Under the pieces are notes generated by a model. The model worked only from the letters and a program-made list of their open reading frames with translations, made no database searches and was not told the origin of the DNA. A stretch of DNA of 64,000 nt from Macrostomum lignano (Eukaryota): assembly GCA_002269645.1 (NCBI GenBank), contig NIVC01000106.1:248001-312000 (forward strand). Direction: 5' to 3'. Position numbers and translations under genes: made by a program. Positions 60,121 through 64,000 of this stretch are shown piece by piece. How positions within the stretch are numbered: the first letter of the stretch is position 1; every line of letters starts with the position of its first letter.

Positions 60121-63100
60121 TCAAGCCGAAGCCACCCGTTCATAGCAGTACAAATAGCCCATATGCTTTGGCGGCTCCTCAGACACACAAACTTTGTCGT
60201 CGTTAAATATGTACCAGACATTGTTGCGCCGCAGGTGGCACACGTAGTGGCCGCTATGAGTGGACGCGCCCATATGGCTGATGAAGCCAAGTAGCCGATA
60301 GCTCGGCGGGCCATCAGTCAGAGCTCCAGTGTCAGCGGCGGCAGCGGCAGCTGGCGGCGCCTCATCAGCTGGCGCATTCAATTCGTCCATATGGGAGAAA
60401 ATCCAATCGACAGCCCGTTCGGGATTGTTGTCCGTCTGGCTCAGCGCTCTGCTGGCCTGCTCCTGGGTGAAGCCCATGGATACTATTGTTGCTAGGGCTT
60501 CCGGGTTCGGTTCGAAGCCGGCTGTCTTCTGCTTCTGCTGCTGTTGTTGCAGTTGCTGGGGCGGCAGATCAAAGTCCGCGTCCTGACTGTGGTCCATGGC
60601 CCAGTTGAGGGCGGCTTCCAATCCGCCGCCTTTGGTTGCCAGGACAGCCCTGGTGGCGCCGTTCTCGCTGAAGCCCAGCTCGCGCACCTGGGCTACAAGG
60701 GACGGGTCCACCTGGAGGGTGTGAGGGGTAACGGGGTGCCGAAGGGATAAGTATAATATATAAATATAAATATTATATTTAGATAAATATAAAATACACG
60801 CTCGTATACAAGCCAATAAATCCAAAATCTGCACAGGTCTCAAATTCAGAGAGCTCTATTATCTAGATCCTAAAATCTTATAACATTCTAAATGCTTTAA
60901 ACATTCCACAATCTAAATCTAAATCCCAAATAAAATCCCAATCTGGATCCTAAATAAAATCCCAATCTGGATCCTAAATAAAATCCCAATCTAGATCCTA
61001 AATAAAATCCTAATATAGATCCTAAATAAAATCCTAATATAGATCCCAAATAAAATCCCAATCTAGATCCTAAATAAAATCCTAATATAGATCCTAAATA
61101 AAATCCTAATATAGATCCCAAATAAAATCCCAATCTAGATTCTAAATAAAATCCCAATCTGGATCCCAAATAAAATCCCAATCTAGATTCTAAATAAAAT
61201 CCCAATCTGGATTCTAAATAAAATCCTAATATAGATCCTAAATAAAATCCTAATATAGATCCCAAATAAAATCCCAATCTAGATTCTAAATAAAATCCCA
61301 ATCTGGATCCCAAATAAAATCCCAATCTAGATTCTAAATAAAATCCCAATCTGGATTCTAAATAAAATCCCAATCTGGATCCTAAATAAAATCCCAATCT
61401 GGATCCCAAATAAAATCTCAATCTAGATCCCAAATAAAATCCCAATCTAGATTCTAAATAAAATCTCAATCTGGATCCCAAATGAAATCCCAATCTAGAT
61501 CCCAAATGAAATCCCAATCTAGATCACAAATAAAATCCCAATCTGGATCCCAAATAAAATCTCAATCTAGATCCCAAATAAAATCCCAATCCAGATCCCA
61601 AATGAAATCCCAATCTAGATCCCAAATGAAATCCCAATCTGGATCCCAAATAAAATCCCAATCTGGATTCTAAATCAAATCCCAATCTGGATCCCAAATA
61701 AAATCTCAATCAAGATCCCAAATAAAATCCAAATCTGGATCCCAAATAAAATCTCAATCTAGATCCCAAATGAAATCCCAATCTGGATCACAAATAAAAT
61801 CCCAATCTAGATCCCAAATGAAATCCCAATCTAGATCCCAAATAAAATCCCAATCTAGATCCCAAATGAAATCCCAATCTAGATCCCAAATGAAATCCCA
61901 ATCTGGATCCCAAATAAAATCCCAATCTGGATTCTAAATCAAATCCCAATCTGGATTCTAAATAAAATCCCAATCTGGATCCTAAATAAAATCCCAATCT
62001 GGATCCCAAATAAAATCCCAATCTGGATCCCAAATAAAATCCCAATCTAGATCCCAAATGAAATCCCAATCTGGATCCCAAATGAAATCCCAATCTGGAT
62101 CACAAATAAAATCCCAATCTGGATCCTAAATAAAATCCCAATCTGGATCCCAAATAAAATCCCAATCTGGATCCTAAATAAAATCCCAATCTGGATCCCA
62201 AATAAAATCTCAATCTAGATCCCAAATGAAATCCCAATCTGGATCACAAATAAAATCCCAATCTGGATCCCAAATAAAATCCCAATCTGGATTCTAAATC
62301 AAATCCCTAAAATCCTACAATCCAGATCCCTCAAATCCCTAAAATCCCACAATCCAGATCTTCAAAAATATGAGAAGTTTCTCAATTCTTAATCTAAATT
62401 CCCAAAATCCCAAAGCCGAGAATCCTCTCACCAGCTCAGCAGCAGATTCGGGCTGATCCGCAGGAAATTTGAGCTCGACTTCGCCCGGCTGCAAACCGCC
62501 GCAACCGCGCAAAAATCCGATATCGATAAACTCCGGCACGTCTAATTCTACGTCTAATTTCTTCGGGCACCAATTATTATCGATGGTGAACTTTCTGGCG
62601 TGCAACAGCAGATAGTCGGGAAAGCTGGCCAAGCGACTCTGCTTACTAGCCGGTCCTTTAGCCTTAGTGGCTGGACTATAGAAATCTTCGATGCATTCAA
62701 CAGCACTGAAGGCTTCTAGACAGGCTTTGAGAGACACCCGAGGCGGCGGGGCGCCCGAATCTCCAGTGCCAGCTCCATCCAAGGGAATGGGGAATGACAG
62801 GGACAATTCCCGGCGACTCTTGTAGGCCACCTGACCCGACTGGCCGCACTGAAGCCGGTCTTCGATGTCGAAAGCGAACACTCGGCCGGGGTTGTCGGCT
62901 TGGGCCAGACTGCTGCTTCGCTCCACCAGGGTGAGCAGGTGGAGAAAAAACTCGAAGGAATCCTGCTGCCGGCTGGTTGAGAACTCCGGGTGGCCACGAC
63001 CCACCTGTCGAGGTTTGCGTGGGTCAGCTGGGTCAGCTAGTGGGTCACTAGTGTCAGCTGGGTCAGCTAGTGGGTCACTAGTGTCAGCTGGGTCAGCTAG

Positions 63101-64000
63101 TGGGTCACTAGTGTCAGCTGGGTCAGCTAGTGGGTCATTGATATGTTTCAGCTGGGTCAGCTAGTGGGTCATTGTCATTGATATGCATCAGATAGGTCAG
63201 CTGGTGGTTCATTGATGTGTCAGCTAAGTCAGCTAGTGGGTCATTGATGTGTCAGCTAGTGGTTCATTGATGTGTCAGCTAGTGGTTCATTGATGTGTCA
63301 GCTAGTGGTTCATTGATGTGTCAGCTAGTAGGTCATTGATGTGTCAGCTAGTGGGTCATTGATGTGTCAGCTAGTGGGTCATTGATGTGTCAGCTAGTGG
63401 GTCATTGATGTGTCAGCTTGGGTCATTGATATGCATCAGATGGGTCAGCTGGTGGGTCAGCAAAGTTAACCATAAATAATGTCAGCACAATGAGTCAACA
63501 CTAAAACGAGTCCAACATCCCGGACTCACCAGAGTCCTCAGCATCTGCGGCCGGATACCATAAGCTGGAGCCAGATCTCCCGGTTTCGGAGGCTGCTCAG
63601 GCTGCTGACCCTTAGCGGGTGCCGAGTACTTTCCAGACAGAAGTCCATCAGCCAGCTTAGCCAACTGAATATCCAGACTCGATACGGGATCGGACCTTTC
63701 CCTCTCCAATATGCCTGATCTACCATCGTAGTACCTTCGCACAAATGATGGCACAGCGAACAGCAGCTGCAGCACCGAGTTGATGTAGCAGGAGTTACCC
63801 AGATTGCGCAGACCGGTGAGACCCGGCCCACCAGCAGGCACCAGGGCTTTGCCAGTCTCCTGAATCGAATCCCACTCGCGCATGTTGGCTTCAATCTCCA
63901 ACTCATTCATAGTTTTATCAACTTTTCTCATAGCATTTAAATCGATACCAAAATGCTTGAGATGCTGCTCAAGCTTACTATCCAGCACCATATTATCCTC
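60121..64000 (-). CDS. USP5: Ubiquitin carboxyl-terminal hydrolase 5 (isopeptidase T), 5'-partial; exons (>64000)-63530, 63004-62432, 60711-60121
   Basis: End of the ZnF-UBP region (EQHLKHFGID); Cys box GLRNLGNSCYINSVLQ; GRGHPEFSTSRQQD; two UBA domains (ELGFSENGATRA; SMGFTQEQASRAL..NNPERAVDWIFSH); His box HMGASTHSGHYVCH..FNDDKV. Both introns phase 0. Confidence 0.95.
60915..62370. repeat. 24-bp minisatellite (TAAAATCCCAATCTGGATCCCAAA), last USP5 intron
   Basis: About 58 units. Confidence 0.97.
63020..63460. repeat. 23/30-bp minisatellite (GTCAGCTAGTGGGTCA...), USP5 intron
   Basis: Direct reading. Confidence 0.92.

Overview
Eukaryotic (metazoan) genomic DNA with GT-AG introns that are mostly filled by locus-specific mini- and microsatellites. 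Together with GC-rich, poly-Ala-rich exons, this pattern suggests the flatworm Macrostomum lignano or a relative (inference, not proven). I reconstructed exon structures by hand and checked every intron phase. Plus strand: (1) a 3-exon class A peptide-receptor-like GPCR lacking DRY and NPxxY; (2) a compact 3-exon, 1599-aa Nav1-type sodium channel with a DEKA filter, IVLT in place of the IFMT gate, and altered outer-pore residues. Minus strand: a head-to-tail run of USP5 (5'-partial), IGHMBP2, POLE3, NPRL3, KLHDC9, a secreted two-PAN/apple-domain gene (second exon missed by the ORF track) and TMEM205, plus a 242-aa orphan with an N-myristoylation motif placed head-to-head with the channel. Main leads: a 381-codon KLHDC9 frame with no Met codon that starts at a phase-0 acceptor, which fits initiation from the AUG at the end of a flatworm spliced leader; a ~3.83-kb tandem duplication whose junction could splice TMEM205 TM1 in frame onto a PAN exon; the unusual Nav channel; intronic RFX X-box minisatellites; a dispersed element with a microsatellite core and conserved flanks; and a coding 21-bp minisatellite, an extra C2HC finger and an apparent 1-nt frameshift in IGHMBP2. 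Most long ORFs in the supplied track are artefacts of repeats.
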